Assembly: GCA_963803435.1 (NCBI GenBank)
Contig: CAWDML010000001.1
Span: 1,600,001 to 1,664,000 of the forward strand
Source of the DNA: an uncultured delta proteobacterium
Lineage (GTDB): Bacteria > Myxococcota > Kuafuiibacteriia > Kuafuiibacteriales > Kuafuiibacteriaceae
Direction of reading: 5' to 3'
DNA length: 64,000 bases
The notes beneath the pieces were generated by a model, which was not told the origin of the DNA, ran no database searches, and saw nothing but the letters and a program-made list of their open reading frames with translations. This document shows, one piece after another, positions 62,393 through 64,000 of the stretch. Position 1 is the first letter of the stretch; each line of letters starts with the position of its first letter. A program made the translations under genes and the position numbers.

Positions 62393-64000
62393 ATGGCCAC
62401 CGAGTGGACCTCAGCCGGCCAAAAGGATAGTCCGGTTCGCGTGCGCCTCGGCAGCGAGCCGCCGGAGCGGATCGGCCCTTATCGGATCCTCGAACCGATC
62501 GGCCAGGGCGGTATGGGGGTCGTGTACCACGCCGTCCAGGCCTCGACCGGACGCTCGGTCGCGCTGAAGACGGTGCGGGCCGCCTCCGAAGGCCACCTCG
62601 ACGGGATCCGCCGTGAGATCCGGGCGCTGGCGAAGATCGTCCACCCCGGCGTGGTCCGAATCCTCGACGAGGGCGTCGAGGGCGGCGTGCCCTGGTACGC
62701 GATGGAGCTGCTCGAGGGGCGCACGCTCCGGCAGCACCAGCGGCTGATCGGGCTCGACGTCCCCCAGGATGCCGCCACGCAGACCGGGTCCACCTCGGAC
62801 CCGGAGCGCCGCGCGATGTTCCTCCCGCGCGCGTCGATCCGCGAGGACGAGCTGCTCGACTGGCTCACCATCTTTCGTGCGCTCTGCTCCCCGCTCGGCT
62901 ACGTCCACGGCGAAGGCATCGTTCACTGCGATCTGAAGCCCGACAACGTGTTCCTGGCCGGTCCGCACCGACCGGTGCTGATGGACTTCGGTCTGATCTC
63001 GCGCTTCGGCGTGGGGCTGTCGCGGGAGGTGCTCGACGTCGAGCCATTCATGGGCACGGCCGAGTACATGGCGCCCGAGCAGTGGGAGCGCCGCCCGGTG
63101 GACGCCCGCACGGATCTCTACGCGCTCGGCTGCATCCTCTTCGAGGCGATCACGGGCGCGCCGCCGTGGGTCGGGACGCGCTCGGAGCTCTCGCGCGCGC
63201 ACCTGTTCGATCGACCTCCGCGCGCCTCTCTCCGGACCGCGGGCGTCCCGCCCGAGCTGGACGAGCTCTTCTTCGCCCTCCTCGCGAAGACGCCGCGCGA
63301 GCGGATCGGTCACGCGGACGAGGTGGCGCGGATCCTCGGCCGGCTGGGGGCGGAGGCGCCGAGCGAGGCGCGACCGCACCGGCCCTACCTCTTTCGCCCT
63401 GCGATGTCGGGCCGGGACACGATCGTGCTCGAGGTGGCCCAGCGCCTCAGCGACGGCGCGAGCGGGCACTTCCTTCTGCTGGGCGGCGAGAGCGGCGTGG
63501 GCAAGACGAAGCTCGCGATGGAGGCCGCCCGCATGGCGAAGCGCGGCAAGGTCCGCGTGATCACCGCCGAGTGCGCGCCGATCGCGGACGAGCATCCGCT
63601 CTCCAGCCTCCTCCTGGCGGTGGCCGATCGATGCCGCGCCGTCCCCGAGTCGCGGATCGCGCTGCTCGGCGGCCGCTCGCGCGTACTGGCCCGCCTCGAG
63701 CCGTCGCTGGCCAGCTTCACCGATCTCGCCCCCGACCGGCCGAGCGAGGATCCGGAGGCCGAGCGGGGGCGGCTCCTCGACGCGCTGGTGGAGACCGTGG
63801 AAGCCTTCGTCCAGGACGAGCTCACCTTCCTGCTCATCGACGATCTGCAGTGGGCCGACGAGCTCACGCTCGAGGTCGTGCGCCGATTGGCCGAGCGCCG
63901 GAGCGCTCTGCCGAAGCTGGCGTTCCTCGGCACGTATCGCACCGAGGAGATTGGGGGCGGCCTGGAGGTTTTGCTGGGCGCGCCCGGGATCGAGAAGGTC
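62393..64000 (+). CDS. Ser/Thr kinase fused to AAA_16/STAND-like ATPase (partial, runs off window)
   Basis: Manual translation: IGQGGMGVVY, VALK, HCDLKPDN, MDFGL, GTAEYMAPEQ; then GESGVGKTKL and LIDDLQWAD. Confidence 0.92.
   Translation, partial: MATEWTSAGQKDSPVRVRLGSEPPERIGPYRILEPIGQGGMGVVYHAVQASTGRSVALKTVRAASEGHLDGIRREIRALAKIVHPGVVRILDEGVEGGVPWYAMELLEGRTLRQHQRLIGLDVPQDAATQTGSTSDPERRAMFLPRASIREDELLDWLTIFRALCSPLGYVHGEGIVHCDLKPDNVFLAGPHRPVLMDFGLISRFGVGLSREVLDVEPFMGTAEYMAPEQWERRPVDARTDLYALGCILFEAITGAPPWVGTRSELSRAHLFDRPPRASLRTAGVPPELDELFFALLAKTPRERIGHADEVARILGRLGAEAPSEARPHRPYLFRPAMSGRDTIVLEVAQRLSDGASGHFLLLGGESGVGKTKLAMEAARMAKRGKVRVITAECAPIADEHPLSSLLLAVADRCRAVPESRIALLGGRSRVLARLEPSLASFTDLAPDRPSEDPEAERGRLLDALVETVEAFVQDELTFLLIDDLQWADELTLEVVRRLAERRSALPKLAFLGTYRTEEIGGGLEVLLGAPGIEKV

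Overview
A GC-rich bacterial chromosome segment. It is most likely Myxococcota, inferred from the Glt gliding genes, a MYXO-CTERM protease with DUF4215-like Cys repeats, Ser/Thr kinases and an FHA-GAF sigma54 activator. From left to right: (1) an accessory region at the 3' side of tRNA-Pro(GGG) with WD40 proteins, a Calx-beta/PKD/malectin lipoprotein and an IS5-family element that carries a four-helix-bundle passenger gene; (2) one contiguous gltB-A-C-D-E-F-G-H cluster running into a DUF697 gene, a hypothetical gene and a TPR-cNMP gene; (3) a kinase-TPR-sigma54 EBP operon followed by a hemerythrin gene with a sigma54 promoter; (4) an IS1111-type IS110 element with sub-terminal IRs and a long 3' non-coding (bridge/seek RNA) region; (5) folP-glmM-pdxJ; (6) a pair of multi-Ig (ASH-like) lipoproteins, a CDF transporter and a proteobacterial-type minCDE; (7) an M36/M4-like protease, an acyl-CoA dehydrogenase pair, an IS5-derived MITE, glgX and an M20 peptidase; (8) a translationally coupled operon encoding a lipoprotein metallophosphoesterase, a POTRA-less Omp85 barrel and a lipoprotein atypical kinase. 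Item 8 is the best candidate for an undescribed system. About ten single-base frameshifts suggest uncorrected sequencing indels. All calls come from reading motifs by eye; no database searches were run.
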